NCBI GenBank assembly: GCA_010093745.1
Contig: MU005968.1
Coordinates: 1-64,000, forward strand
Length of the DNA: 64,000 nucleotides
Origin: Piedraia hortae CBS 480.64
Lineage: Eukaryota
Reading direction: 5' to 3'
The notes beneath the pieces are model-generated. The model was not told where the DNA came from and ran no database searches. It worked only from the letters and a program-made list of their open reading frames with translations. Of the stretch, positions 1-12,656 are shown piece after piece (the first letter of the stretch is position 1; the number at the start of each line of letters is the position of its first letter). Both the position numbers and the translations under genes were made by a program.

Positions 1-59
1 AATAATGCGCGTAATATACCGCATATTCACAACACTGAGCTAGATGAGACAGGTCAGTG

Positions 60-330
60 ATAGACATGACACCCGAGGCTTTACAGGGGTTTCTGCCTCA
101 CAGAGGAGATTTCCCTTGCGATGAGGTCACGTCATCGCGTGATCTCGACAAATGCGGACTGGCGAACTGTGGGTCTGTGAAGGACGTTGCGTTAGCTCTA
201 AGCACGTAGACAAAGAGACACAGTTTTGCACACACATTTTTGCCCAGACTTCAGGTCTTATATGCCTTCCCGGCTTTCGCGAGGTCCGGTCCCTGGTGAT
301 ACGAACTCTTTGGTCCCTTGAGTCTCAACA
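60..330. repeat. Diverged LTR-like relic related to the 361-bp solo-LTR family
   Basis: 84-135 (ggggtttctgcctcacagaggagatttcccttgcgatgaggtcacgtca) resembles the core of the LTRs at 49796 and 52707 (ggtttttccctcacagaggttttccctcagggtcacgtca). Ends in ..CTCAACA at 330. Left end not defined. Confidence 0.4.
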
Positions 331-480
331 CCACGCTCGGCGAAGAATTTGCCTATCATGCGGCATGTAGAAAGTTGTTCTTGCCTGCAAACAACATGCG
401 GGTCCATACCACCCGCTTCACTGCCAGTCCACGAGGGATGGGAAAGACGATGGACCGCCCATCTATATTTCCATTGCTAC

Positions 481-3400
481 TCAACTTTTCGTCGAAAACG
501 TAACTGCACCACCATCGCAAAAATGGTGTTCGGCACCGAGGTTTTGAATCTCAGCCAGCCACTCCTCTCTGAAGCGGAAGCACGCTAAGCTGTTGGTCTG
601 GTTACCAAATATCAAACTTCTGCCCAACGAGGCCTTGCGCTTTCTGCCATATTCATCAGGTAGCCAGAAAAGCTCACAGTTGCCATATGTAATCCACTCG
701 TTTCCGATGTCCAAATGTGGGTTAGGACATGGGCCTCTTGTGGGGTCCTCTACCTTGAAGTAGCGAGCATTTGAATAGCTCTTAAGGGTGGGAGATGTGT
801 CGTGAGATTGTAGAAGAGCCGGCGCGTTTTCTGTAGCAGAACAAGATGTCAAGATTACGGCTTGTCCACCAGGCCATTCCAGAGCCAAATCTGGCGCTCC
901 TCTCTCCGCTTTCCAACACCACATCATCTTGGGCCATTTTGCTGATAAGCTGACTCGGCCGTCAGGCAGGAACTTGGCGGATTTCACTGAGACATCTGTT
1001 CCCAGGACAAGTGTCTGCGCTTCCACCTTCGAATCCCAAATCCTTAGCGTGCGATCTGCACAACTTACAAGTACCTGCCCGCCCATCGAGACAGCAAAAA
1101 TACTACTTATGTTCTTATCAAATTCGAAGCATGACTTTGGCGAATCTGTCTCGACATTGTAGAGTTGCACGGAGTTGTCCCGCTGACATCCCACAGCCAC
1201 GGCCTTACTGTCTGGCGAGAACTCGATGAGGTCAACTGGTTGCTTAAGCCGGTCAGAGCTCCACAATCTCTTACCCGTGGTCATGTCCCAGAGTCGAATG
1301 GTCTGATCAAGGGATCCCGAAGCCAATGTCCGCTTGTCCGGTGAAAATCGAACGAGAAGCACACGGTCAATATGTTCCTCGACCTTAAACTTAAGGACGT
1401 TAGTCTCCACATCCCAAAGCCGTAATGTCCGGTCCCGGCAACCAGCCGCTAGCATCTTCCCATCACTTGTAAGTTCCAGTGTATCTACGCCGATACAATC
1501 ACCTTCGAGGTAGTTTCGCCGTAGCGGATGTTTAATGTCCACTAGTCGCACGGACTCCTTGCGCGATCCAACCACAACAGTTGTTTCGTCTGGCAAGAAT
1601 GTCATTGCGGCTATGCGCGAGAAAGATGCGTACGGTCGCTGCGCCCGGGATGCCATCTCAGTGCTCCACACCTTCACCATTCCGTTAGGCATGCCTGAGA
1701 CCATCCTGTTTATGCTAGAGCATACGGCAATCAGAGTGAGTCCTCCCTTGCCGCCCACACGAAGTATTGATTCCAAGTCGGTATCTAAATTCCGCAGGCG
1801 AATAGTACCATTGTACATTGCACAGGCCAGCACCTTTCCATCTGGTAGGAATTCCACATCTCTGATGTTGGCATTGCTCAAGATGGTTTTAACCTCAGCC
1901 CCTGTCTGCGCATTCCACACCTGCACTGACGTGGTTGACGACATCGATGCCACCAGGTACCCATCTGGCGAGAACGTGAGCTTTCGAAGCTTCTTAGAGT
2001 GTCCGTTGTACCGTGCCTTGAGCCTCCCAGTTCCTGTGCACCATAACCCCACAGTATTTCCGAGCGATTGAAAGCCCACTGTCTTGGAATCCGGCGAGAA
2101 GGCAACTGGAAGGGCGTTGAGGGTTGACTGAGCATCGGGTGAGTAGACAACTGGGGGAGATTGGTGAGCTGGAGCTTCGAACCGGGTGATCGCTGTCTTG
2201 GTTCTGATGTCATACAGCACCATCTCGCCATCTGACCACAATGCCACGGTTTGCAAGTCTGGGGTTATGGCACAAACTATGCTCGAGGAGCCTCTCGCGT
2301 CAAACAAAACTTCATCAGCTTTTTTTTGGATATCTATCATCTGGACAAGCCAGTTAGATATCGCCACCAGAGTTTTCCTCTGAGGCAAGAAATTAAGGCG
2401 AGTGTGTGGCAAAGTGTGTAGCAGAGGCTCTACCGTGCCTGTCTCAGTGTCCCAGAGGCGTACTTCTCCCGGCCTTAGTGCGACTCCGACGCTCTTCCCA
2501 TCTGGCGATATAGCCACTGAATAGACATCTTCTTGGCAGTCGAGCCTCTGAAGCTCCGCGCCCCAGTCCCATGGAACCCATGGGCGGACCTCGAGGTATT
2601 TGTCAATAACGGAGTGGAAGCGATCTCTTGTGGGGCTTGTCCATGGGGTCATAACCAGGGCAGAGTAGTACGTCTGCAGCGGTGCTGTCTCGATGATGGA
2701 ACGGAACCGCAAAATCCAGCGACAAGCATCGTGAAGGAAAGGCTTGAGATCGTCGCCAATTGCGTGGAATCGCAACTCTCCCATGGTGTGAACAGCTTCG
2801 TCCATCCTACCTAACCAACCCAATGTTTCAATCCAGTGAAGAAAGTGCACCCTAAGAAAACCATCCACCCTTTGGAAAGATTTTGCATCGGGTGCGCTCT
2901 TGAGTAGATGGCTGACCCAGTGTCGAGAAGCATACGCCACGGCGTTTGAGATATACTGCTGCGGAACATTCACTCGACGCGACCCGGGGCACATGGGACC
3001 GCACATTCCAATCTTCAACTTGGTCCCTAATAGGTTCAAGCATTTATCTAGCAACTTCTCGTTCAATTCCCGCTCATTGATTCGGAACCTCCGGTCGTCC
3101 ACGCTGACTAGAAAATCTCGAAAGGAAAGATGGTACGTGGTAATTGGTTGGAAAGAATCGTTAATTGGGACGTGAACCACCGAATATAGCGGATCAAGGG
3201 CCGCGTATATGTCGTCTGTTGTGTGGTCAAACAACTCGGCTAGTGCAGTGGCGGAAAGCGAGTCCTCGAGAATGATGAGTGGCTGGACAATTCGCTGAAA
3301 TAGGTCCATCCACTCGCCCGGCGAATCCACAGCCGCGTGCTCTAGAATAGGATGATACGTTGCCCCAAGGCCTGAAAGAGAGTTGTCATAGCGCCACTTC

Positions 3401-5192
3401 AGTATGTAATCCATCTGCTTCCTTGGATTCGATTTGCTGATGAAGCGGCAAGTAGTTGCTGCAGCGATGAAAAGCGGCATGGAGTGCTTGATCAATGCTT
3501 CGAAGGCTTCATCTCCGGGCCAATCGTCATCGAGAACGTTTGGTGGCCGTCCGCTCTGGTTTTCACGGATTTCAGCCAATTTTGCTTGTAGAAATAGGCG
3601 CATGTCGTCCTCAATAGATTCTTGCTGTACTTCCTCCAACACCATTTCCATGTATAGCTTGGGTCCCATCTTTCGAAAGCCGGCTTCCATGATAGGGTCC
3701 GGTCGACTAGTTAAGATAATCTTGATGGAGGCTGCATCAATCTGAACTATCCTGACAAGGTAATTTAGTGTAGTCTTGATGCCAGCATCGTCCTTGCACT
3801 CATCGAGGGAATCGATCACAATGACTATCTGATGCCCCATATGGGCTTTTTCGAGCGGCTTTTGTAAGAGCTCTTCAAACTGAAACTTCAGTCTGTAATC
3901 GCCAGCTTGTGAATCTTTCAGTACTTTAGCGATTTCGTCTGCTAGATTTGGTATCTTGTCTGCAAGCTGCCTGGCTATTGTCGGAACCAAGTAGTGCACA
4001 TTGCCCCGTTCATTCTGGTCGCGTTTGAAGAAGAAACTTGGGACGAGGAAAGTTCCATCCAGTTGCTCTGCGATGGACCGTGCTAGTGTCGATTTTCCCG
4101 TCCCTGCCTTGCCCCTGAGCCAGAGTATGGGGCTTTCATCGAAGTTCTCTGCCCAATCGGCTATTTGTTGCAGAATTGCAACGCGCGTGCCGGACAGGCA
4201 AGAGAAATCTTCTCCCTCTTTGCCAGCTTTGTACGTTGCACCTTTGGCTACCCTGAGCCTAGAAAGGACCGCGTCGAGGTGAGACAAGTCGATCTTCTCT
4301 TCCACTCTGGCAATAGTGTTTGTGAGGCCCCTATTGACATCTTTGGTCGCATCAAGCCGGCTTTTCAAGCTGGTTCTCCATGCCTTCGTTTCGTTGTACT
4401 CGCAGTTATGTAGGCATTCCTCGACGCGTTTGCACAACTCGAGACACCTTTCTTTTGCTCCCTTAAGCTTATTGTCAGCGGAAAGCGCTTGCACTGTGCG
4501 CTGCATGACATGTGCTTTTTGTGTGATAATCGCATTTGCTAGGATCATGTAGACCTGATATAAGAGGTCAATGAGGGCTTTGCGCAATCTATCTTTGTCA
4601 TTTGACGGTGCAATGCTGCTCAACCGGTCAGTGTAGACACATAGAAGGCTGCAAGTGTGCATAACGATATCTAGCCCATCAACTAGCGCTTTTTTCAAGT
4701 CTTTACGTTTTTCTGCTATCTTGTAAAATTAGCCGGGGCGCTCAAACCTTGGGATAACATCATCCCCGGAAACCTTACCACAATCAGAGTGCTGATACCG
4801 GCCCACACTGCGCCTATGGTGATGGGTTGAGTCTGCGCAAAGGCCTGTCCCGTGTCTTTGAACTGGCCGAGCCAGCTCAGCATACGTTCTGTCTTTGTGA
4901 AAATCCAATCTCTGCGATTTGGTGCGGACAATTCTGCCTGAAGGCGCTGGATGGCCTTGTCGTGCGCCCTGGTCAGATTGGTGGACATGTCTCCGTCACT
5001 GTCTTGTAATGTGCGTATTACATTGCGTTCGTCGTCAGTGAGCCTCTCCAGGGCTTCCTCGGCGAGCTGATGGAGATCATCGGGGCCGCGCTGAGTAACA
5101 TTACTAACGGAGGATGTAAGTCTTCGATTGCTCGACAGGAAGCCTTTCAATCGTTCCCGCACGCCAGAAGGTGGCCTTCGGTCGGGACCCAT
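481..5192 (-). CDS. Fungal NLR: NACHT_N-type N-terminal domain, NACHT NTPase, WD40 repeats (HET-E/NWD-like); 2 exons
   Basis: Walker A context CLSGTR...ILWLRGKAGTGKST, SFFFKR, Walker B IVIDSLDEC, SRP motif, HLSFRDFL, HFLHWIE, then many WD40 repeats (FSPD...LASGSLDQTIRLWD). Exon 1 5192-4779 ends AVWAGISTLIV. Intron 4778-4720 (GTAAGG...GCTAAT...AAG) joins it in frame to the 1405-aa ORF. Confidence 0.92.
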
Positions 5193-7221
5193 GACAGGAC
5201 ATTCTATGTAGCTACGTCGTCCAAGATCCCACCATGCAAGAAGATCACGCCACTGACATCATGGAACAAACATACCGGAAGATTAGCAACATTGCACCTA
5301 ATCAGCAATGCCGGTCAGTGGACGGGCCTTTAAAACACTCCTTACTTTGGTCAACTCTGCATGCATAAGGATACGCAAGAACGCGTGGGCCATTAAACAT
5401 TCTTTCATGGCAAAATTACCCACTTTTATACTCAAAATTATGTCACATTATGGCACCTTTTCATGGACCTATCCAGACAATAAGACTCAGCTTCTCTGCA
5501 CCATGTAGCCGCTACAGAGTAAACCATCCCAGAACCCCAAAGAAAAAGTCCCCATCTATATCGACACAGTAACACCACTATTGGCTGGACTTGAGGAATG
5601 GGACGACGAGCTGATGCTGCCACTGGATTACTTGACGAGGAAGCGTCAGGTTGGTGTTAAGGCAAGACGTCATCCCACAGCTCGCTGTTGAACCCCAGAC
5701 GATGGGCGTCTACCATCAACAAAATCCTTAGCAGATAGAATGCATACTGCAAATCCACTATGAACCAATATCTCGACACTAGATCTACTCGACCTGTTGA
5801 GTCAACAGTACCTTCAAAGTACAGTCAAACATCAAAAAAGGTTTAGGAAACTACAAGCCCGCTAAGAAAACCACGCCCCAAGGACGACATAACCCCAAAG
5901 AACCATGTGGCGAGTGACTCCACCATTGAAAAGAAATTTAATGTACATCGCCAAGGAGTAGTATCCATTTAGTCAATCGCTCGACATCAAAACATGAAAA
6001 TTGCTGGGAGATAGTCCTATCCTATCCATTCAAAAAGCCCAGTCCCAGATACTCCGCCGTTATGAGGACAGTCTTTTGTCCATTCATGACATAAATCCAG
6101 TCCAAGAACCCCAACATCAAAGGAATTTCAACCCCGAATGGCATGGTGAAGTAGATCCCCTGGCCCTCCCCCAGAACGCAAACCAAAATCCCCCACATTG
6201 CTGTGACAATATCCACCTTATAAATCCTCCACCCTGAAACACCCAAACGATGAGAAACGCTAGAGAAGCGTATACCCCTCCAAAATTCTACCTCATAAAC
6301 CCTAAAAACCATCAAATAACAAAACAGTCGCAGATTCCCTAACATGTGAAAATAGCATCCCATATATATCAGAATATTCCCAAAGGATCTCACCCATTAC
6401 TTCCTCACAAGAGAGAATGCTTCCCAACCAGAACACAAATACCTCAGCACTTGATGGGTTTATCCCACTTTCACTTTGTAGCATCAACTAATCCATATCT
6501 CTTGCCTAATTTGATCAGTATCCAAGCAAGTTAGTCAAATACGGATCTAACTGACTCATACCTCTTCAGGTCTTACAGTAAGTGACCCAGTTGAAGGATA
6601 GGTCACATGATGACTATGACAAACGTTCCCTCATTTCGTCCCCTTTAACCATATACACGTTTACGTCTCAGTGTACTCACACTATCAGTTCGTCCCCTTT
6701 AACTGACCCTGCCTCCAGCATCCACCTGCGACACGACGAGCAGGACGATATGCCTGCGAAAGGTGATGTAACATTAAAAACGACGACGGTTGCGAAAATC
6801 TAGCGTTGTGTGATGTCGCGCGAGATGAGGTATCAGATTGCTTCCTGATGCAGTCTAGATTAGACGAGACAGCGAATTGGAAAGAAACTGACCCAGTGCT
6901 CCGATACTGTTCGTTGATTAAGGGTGTTGTGTGGATAGATCGCGGCAAGGTTGTTCAATGTTCAAGTCCCAGGGTCGTGCGAGGTCGATGTTACGACCTT
7001 TCGCCCTTGTGGAAAAAGGAATTCCAATGGTTTGAAAATCAGAGTTTAATGACGATGCTACTTTAAGAGCATCTCGGCTGGATTGGAGTTTCATGATGGG
7101 AGCTGCATTTAACACGGGACCAATTCTGGTGAAGCCAGACGGACCCAATGCACAAGCACAATGACGCAAAGACAGCTTGGAACTGAATCGTTTAAACAGT
7201 CATTATTTTTACACACTACAA

Positions 7222-9039
7222 CTACCTGATAGTAGCGGTGCCCTTTGACAAACTCGTAGCCTTGGACGTCGATCCACCTCCCACCAGGTTAGTCTGTCCC
7301 GGCTTCTTCTCAAAAACCTTCCAAAACTTCAAGCTCTCGTCAGCTGCGGCTGTGGCAAGCATTTGCCCGTCGGGGCTGAGAGCAGAGTGAAGAACACGAG
7401 AGTCGTGCGCGGGGATTTCGATATTCTTGACAAGAGTGGGATAGGACCAAATGGAGAGGCTGTTGTCGGGGAAACCCGAGGAAGATACAAGCTCCTTGTA
7501 AGCCAGAGACCAGCGCAAAGACGTCACTTGGCTGCCAGTGTCGATACTGTTAACGCGCGCACCAGATGTCGTGTTCCAAAAGTGAATGTGACGGTCAGCA
7601 GAGCCTCCGCCAGTGGCAAGGAGGTTCGTCTGCCACGGACACCAGGCAAGGGCCTTGATGGCAGCCTTATGGTTGGCCTTTTGGAACTTGGGAGTGCTCA
7701 GCTGACGGGCGTCCCAGATGGAGACGAGATTGTCGTTGCCTCCAGTAGCGAGCTGGGCACCGTCCGTTCGCCATTCGAGTCCGCAGACCTCAGACGTGTG
7801 GGAGACGAGCTCGGCCACCTTGTGCTGGGCGACGCGCACATCGTGGTTAAAGACAAGCCCAGAACGGGCGCCAGTAGACAGAATGTGCTTGTTCCATCCC
7901 ATGACGCTGACGCGCGTGTCGTGGCCATACATGCTGCGGAGCTTGGTGCCCTCCTCGACATCCCAAATCTGAACTTCACCAGTGCCAAGGCCGGCAGCGA
8001 CGTAGGCGCCGTCGCCAGACCACTTGACAGAGGCAATGTAAGTGTCTGGAGAGCACTCGAGAAGGGGCGAAACGCTGCCCGAATCAGCCGACCAGATGTA
8101 GACGCTATTCTCAAGGCCAATGGCGACCTGGTTGCCCGAAGACCAGTCCAAAAGGTTGAGGTAGTAGTCGTCAGCCAAGCCCGGGGCATCCAGAACACGT
8201 TCGGGAGCAGTAAGAACGCGACGACGGAATTGAGAGCCAGCTGCCGCCGGCTTCAGCGGACGATTGTACTGGGAGCGGAGGTCAATGGGACGAGACGACT
8301 CGGGAGCCGCCGGCTTGTATGCGAGGATGCGCTGTTTGATGCTGACTCCACACGCTTCAGCCACTGACTGCTGGTAGGCAGCCGTCTTGGGGCTTGGCTT
8401 CTTGGGCAAGTCATCGTCATCGTCACGGTCACGCAGACTGAGGCCCTCGAGAGAGCGCAGGACGGCGGCGTCCGAAGAGCCGAACCCGAGGTCAATGGCA
8501 CCGGCAGCCAGAACAGAAGAGCCAGACGCGCTGGACTTTGGGCGACGAGCTGGAGTGCTGTCATTTGAGAGCTTGATGGCGGCTCCGCAGTTGATAATGG
8601 CGTCGCTTGTAGTGCGATTGGGGATAAAACGGTCAGCAGCCGCATAATTGATCTTGCCCTGACGTTTGGGTGTCCGATGAGCCGAGCCAGTGCGACGCGT
8701 GCGGGACGGAGTCGCCTTGGTCGAGGCTGGCTGCGGACGAGGGCCGGTTCCCGTCAACCTGAACTCGCTAACACCCAAATCGAGCCGTCGAGGAGACTCC
8801 TTGAAGGGGCGGCTGACAATGTTGGACTTGGGTGACGGGCGGAGGTTCGACTTGGACACTGAGCGTGAGAAACGGGAGGGCAAGTTGGCATTGCCGTGGT
8901 GAATGCTTTCCGTAACGCCGACGTCCTGGGAACGCGGAGTCTTGGGCGAAGGCGACAGAGCAACACGGCCACCAGCGAGGCGAGTCGAGAATATGCCATC
9001 GCGGCGCTTGACCGGTGTGAGTACTGATGGAGTTGCCAT
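7222..9039 (-). CDS. CDC20: APC/C activator Cdc20 (WD40)
   Basis: C-box DRFIPNR, ERVLDAPGLADDYYLNLLDWS, WD40 propeller, C-terminal IR tail. Confidence 0.97.
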   Translation of the reverse strand: MATPSVLTPVKRRDGIFSTRLAGGRVALSPSPKTPRSQDVGVTESIHHGNANLPSRFSRSVSKSNLRPSPKSNIVSRPFKESPRRLDLGVSEFRLTGTGPRPQPASTKATPSRTRRTGSAHRTPKRQGKINYAAADRFIPNRTTSDAIINCGAAIKLSNDSTPARRPKSSASGSSVLAAGAIDLGFGSSDAAVLRSLEGLSLRDRDDDDDLPKKPSPKTAAYQQSVAEACGVSIKQRILAYKPAAPESSRPIDLRSQYNRPLKPAAAGSQFRRRVLTAPERVLDAPGLADDYYLNLLDWSSGNQVAIGLENSVYIWSADSGSVSPLLECSPDTYIASVKWSGDGAYVAAGLGTGEVQIWDVEEGTKLRSMYGHDTRVSVMGWNKHILSTGARSGLVFNHDVRVAQHKVAELVSHTSEVCGLEWRTDGAQLATGGNDNLVSIWDARQLSTPKFQKANHKAAIKALAWCPWQTNLLATGGGSADRHIHFWNTTSGARVNSIDTGSQVTSLRWSLAYKELVSSSGFPDNSLSIWSYPTLVKNIEIPAHDSRVLHSALSPDGQMLATAAADESLKFWKVFEKKPGQTNLVGGGSTSKATSLSKGTATIR

Positions 9040-9227
9040 ATCTGCTGATAGGTCGTGTTATGCTGTAGATGGCCCAGTTAAGGGTTCCGGTTAGTAAGGT
9101 GGCAGATATTTGCAGTACTGAGAAAGTGTAAAGAGGTTGGAGCCTGAAGGCTGGAAGTTGAATGCTTGGGAGTGCGTGGAGTGTGAGGTGGAGGGAGAGA
9201 GAGAAGAGGAGCTCCGGGCCAAACACT

Positions 9228-9296
9228 TAACAGAGGGCGTTGTCAGGGCAACGGCATAACGGCGCTAACGAGTAATACCCACATGGACTAACCAAT
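9228..9296. promoter_or_regulatory. Cluster of Myb-type YAACNG-like sites plus CCAAT box in the divergent CDC20/Ral2 promoter
   Basis: TAACAG 9228, CAACGG 9249, TAACGG 9257, TAACGA 9266 and CCAAT 9292 within a 327-nt intergenic region. Confidence 0.4.
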
Positions 9297-9366
9297 CACG
9301 ACTAGCGTCATGCATGTGTGTCACTGCACATGAGGCTAAACCCAAAGCGACAACTGGACATCACCC

Positions 9367-11286
9367 ATGGCATCTGTACCTAACGGCCCGTCGCAGACGA
9401 CGAAACGGCGCAATGAGGAGCTCAAAATCATTACTACGGTCGGACAGCGCCCGGCGTGTCTCGTCAATGCCTCCGTTACGTACGTTGGCAACGGCGTGAT
9501 TTACGCATTTGGCGGATTTGATCAGTTCACCGACGAAGTCTACAACCATGTCCTCAAGCTTGATCTCAAGATGCGCAAATGGACGTTGGTCGACAATTAT
9601 GGCGAAATCCCCGGCGTTCGCATGGGCCATAGCGCATGTCTCTGGCAGGACAGCAAGTTGCTGGTCTTTGGCGGCGAGAACGAGCATCGCACGTTTCTAT
9701 CTGACCTGGTTGTTTTCGACATTGAAACTGCCCATTGGAAAGTGCCCAAGGTACGCGGACCGACGCCCAGACGCCGTGCGAGACATGCAGCCGTAGTCCA
9801 CGATGAGAAGCTGTTCATATGTGGCGGCATCAGTAGCAATGAGGGCCATGTACTGGACGACATTTGCTTCCTTGATCTCAGGACGATGACGTGGAGTCCC
9901 AGCTGGCGCTTTGTGGCTCGCTACGACCATTCGTGCGGCGTTTGGGGAAACCAGGTATGGGTAAGCGGCGGCATCAACCACGAAATGGAGCGGTCCAGCG
10001 ACATTTGGTGGTGGGACTTTAGCTGTGTCATGAGTATGATTGCAGCCGGCGCTTACCAGGCGCCTGAGCGGGCGTCGTCCCTGGGTCGCGTTGCCAATAC
10101 CTCCCTGGTGCAGGCAAGTGCTGCCACCGTTCGCAATAACAGTCTCCCCATAGCGCCGGGAACGATCAACAAGGTTCGTTTTGTCTCTTCTCCTGAGCTT
10201 CCCATGCAGAAACTAGGCACGCACTTCCACGTCTTCAGCTCTGGCTGCATGCTGGATTTTGTAAGTCCAATGCCGGCGACGACTCAGACTCCGGCCACGT
10301 CTCTTTCCATCCTTGACCTGGAGACGTTGCGATGGCAGAAGCTCGCAGACGGCTCTGAGCTCTTTTCGTCTGAGTACCGGTGGCATTACTGCTGTCCCAA
10401 TGAGGATGGCTCCCGGGTGTGGCTGCTCGGTTGCCCTAGACAGGTGCAACACGCGGGAACCCGCATGGCAGAGGAGTTTCTCAGCGATGTGTTGCCCATT
10501 GATCTTCGCCGATATGGCGTGCTGGGGAACATGATGAGTCAAAAGGTCAACAATCCCCTATTGGGTATCTCGGGGTCGACCCCCATGACCGCCCTTGGTT
10601 CTGATCTTGCCAAAGTCTTCAACCAGCCGCCTGAGAGCGGGTCCGGTGCCGACTTCATGGTGACGGCCATCGACAACGAAGATAACACCAGCGCTCCCAT
10701 CCATGTGCACCGCTTTGTTCTCTGCGCTCGCTGGCCTCACTTTTCCCGACTTCTCAATTCGCACATGCAGGAGTTCAATACGGGACAGATGCACATTCCG
10801 GAACCTCTTCCCGCTGTAAAAGCCTTTCTCTACTACCTCTACGCCGACAGCATCAGCAGCCCTATGGGAAAGGTAGAAAACCACCGCACGCCGAAGCTCG
10901 AAGATGTAGCCAACATGCTTGTCATGAGTAATATTTATGACATGCCTCGACTACGTCTCTTGTGCGTCAACCGCATTGTGCGGGAGATGGACATTCGGCA
11001 CGCAGCGTTGGTCTTTGAACGGGCGAGCGTGGCCCAAGAGGAGTGGCTGCGTAATCGAGCTGCGGACTTTTGTCTCAATCACTGGGGTCGTGTCGTGCGG
11101 ACCATGGCATTCAAATCGCTCAGTCGCGAGGCCCTCTTGGAGCTGTGCCAGCATGTCGAACAAGGCGGTCGCGTAGTCAACTCGGACGAAGTCGAAGTCG
11201 TTGAGGAAAGTCGCAAACGCATACGCCCGCCCGAAGACGACGAAGTGTCTGCCGAAGGCAGTGAGGAGAGCATGGACATCAGTTAA
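9367..11286 (+). CDS. ral2: Kelch-repeat + BTB/POZ protein, Ral2/Mds3-like
   Basis: N-terminal kelch repeats (YAFGG, LVFGG, FICGG, WVSGG). C-terminal BTB (IHVHRFVLCARWPHF...AFLYYLY). Confidence 0.85.
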   Translation: MASVPNGPSQTTKRRNEELKIITTVGQRPACLVNASVTYVGNGVIYAFGGFDQFTDEVYNHVLKLDLKMRKWTLVDNYGEIPGVRMGHSACLWQDSKLLVFGGENEHRTFLSDLVVFDIETAHWKVPKVRGPTPRRRARHAAVVHDEKLFICGGISSNEGHVLDDICFLDLRTMTWSPSWRFVARYDHSCGVWGNQVWVSGGINHEMERSSDIWWWDFSCVMSMIAAGAYQAPERASSLGRVANTSLVQASAATVRNNSLPIAPGTINKVRFVSSPELPMQKLGTHFHVFSSGCMLDFVSPMPATTQTPATSLSILDLETLRWQKLADGSELFSSEYRWHYCCPNEDGSRVWLLGCPRQVQHAGTRMAEEFLSDVLPIDLRRYGVLGNMMSQKVNNPLLGISGSTPMTALGSDLAKVFNQPPESGSGADFMVTAIDNEDNTSAPIHVHRFVLCARWPHFSRLLNSHMQEFNTGQMHIPEPLPAVKAFLYYLYADSISSPMGKVENHRTPKLEDVANMLVMSNIYDMPRLRLLCVNRIVREMDIRHAALVFERASVAQEEWLRNRAADFCLNHWGRVVRTMAFKSLSREALLELCQHVEQGGRVVNSDEVEVVEESRKRIRPPEDDEVSAEGSEESMDIS

Positions 11287-11379
11287 TGCAGAATCGAAAA
11301 CAACAAGCCTTAGTTGGTAGATTCATGACCTGTATGAATTACTTCTTATCTCTATTTTGTCTCTCCCTACCCTTTCTAA

Positions 11380-12459
11380 TTAGAACCTCTGTACCTCGAT
11401 CAATCCCCTCCCAACGCCCTTATCCATGCCACCCGCCTCAGCTGCCACAAGTCCCTTTTGTGCACACTTTGTCTTTAACAAGTCCACAGACCCGCCAAGG
11501 CCGAAATAATACTTTTTCGCAGCAACCAACGCCTTTGCGAGATTCCCCTCCTTTAAACAAAACTCCAACATTTCCACAAACGCATCCGTCGTGGCAGCCG
11601 TGTAGATCGTCTCCGCGCCGAGGATGAGAGTCGAAGCCTCTGACGGAAACGAAGGAAGGAGTGATCTCAAATCAGGACTCCAGGGGCCGGAGAGGAACGA
11701 TAGCGTAATATTGCTGTTGTGAAGAGCAGAGGTAAATGCGCTGAGAAGAGACTCGCTGAGAAGAAGGTCGTCTGCTTCGTCTCCCTCTCCCCCTACCCCT
11801 CGATCAGCCGCACAAGCAGCCCACCAATTGAGAATCAAATTCGGCAGAGTGACCGCCTGCAGCACTTGGCTATTATAATCCGCAAGGACAAAGTGAATGG
11901 GAATTTTATGCAGCACAGCGTACCGGAAGAGGACGCTCGTTGGGAGGGCGGAGCCGCAGCCTAGCTATCAACATCATCAGCTCGCAATTCCACCTAGGAA
12001 GATTCCTCAGTCCTCCCACTGAGAAAACCCCCCCTTCCCCCCCTCTATATTGCAAAAACATACCTCGACAATAACCCCCACCCTCCACAAGTCATCCAAA
12101 CTCCTCCTGGGACCTCTCTCTTCCAAATGTCTCGCAAGATCGACGGAGCACTCCCAAGTCTTGAACCCGCCTTCGTAAACCCCCGGCGCGAGATCCGAAT
12201 GGGAAATCTTATCAATCAACTCATCGTTCTCACTTCCGGACTGGAGTAAAGAGGTTTTGATATCGAAGAGTTCTCTCTTTAGTAAAGGCAGGTCACCTTC
12301 ACCGAGGAGAACAGAGGTATATGCTACGCGGGAATCGATGAGAAGTGCGAGGAGGGAGTCAAGCGAATGCGATTTCGCTGGTTCTGAGTATTCTTGTTTA
12401 GGAGTTTCATTATCGGCAGGCGGTTCATCTTCCGCTTCAAAAGCGAATGAAAATGCCAT
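11380..12459 (-). CDS. HPM1: Histidine protein methyltransferase Hpm1/METTL18 family; 2 exons
   Basis: GVYEGGFKTWECSVDL; spliced motif I VIVELGCGSALP; ADYN; ILGAETIY; AKKYYFGLGG. Intron 12063-11965 (GTATGT...TAG). Confidence 0.9.
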
Positions 12460-12656
12460 GCTTCCCACCGCCCCCCAAAAATTCGAACGTCAACGGGCGG
12501 GTGGGGCCGCACAGCAGCACCCATCCCTCCTGACAAAAACTGACAGTGCTGAAAAACGGATAACTAAAGGTATCTCACTAACGCCTACTACACTCATCTC
12601 CCCAACTCAGCTTCCAATCCCCCACACCCCCCCTCCCTCCCCCCGGAACTTTCCCC

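Noticed and set aside
5800..6550. Possible eroded NACHT relic on the minus strand (VFVFWLG...); similar hints at 27250-27560
   Set aside because: Similarity too faint to support by eye.
7363..8367. 334-aa ORF antisense to CDC20, and similar antisense ORFs over ladA (18341-19318) and catA (23098-23850)
   Set aside because: Shadow ORFs from codon bias of well-supported genes on the other strand.
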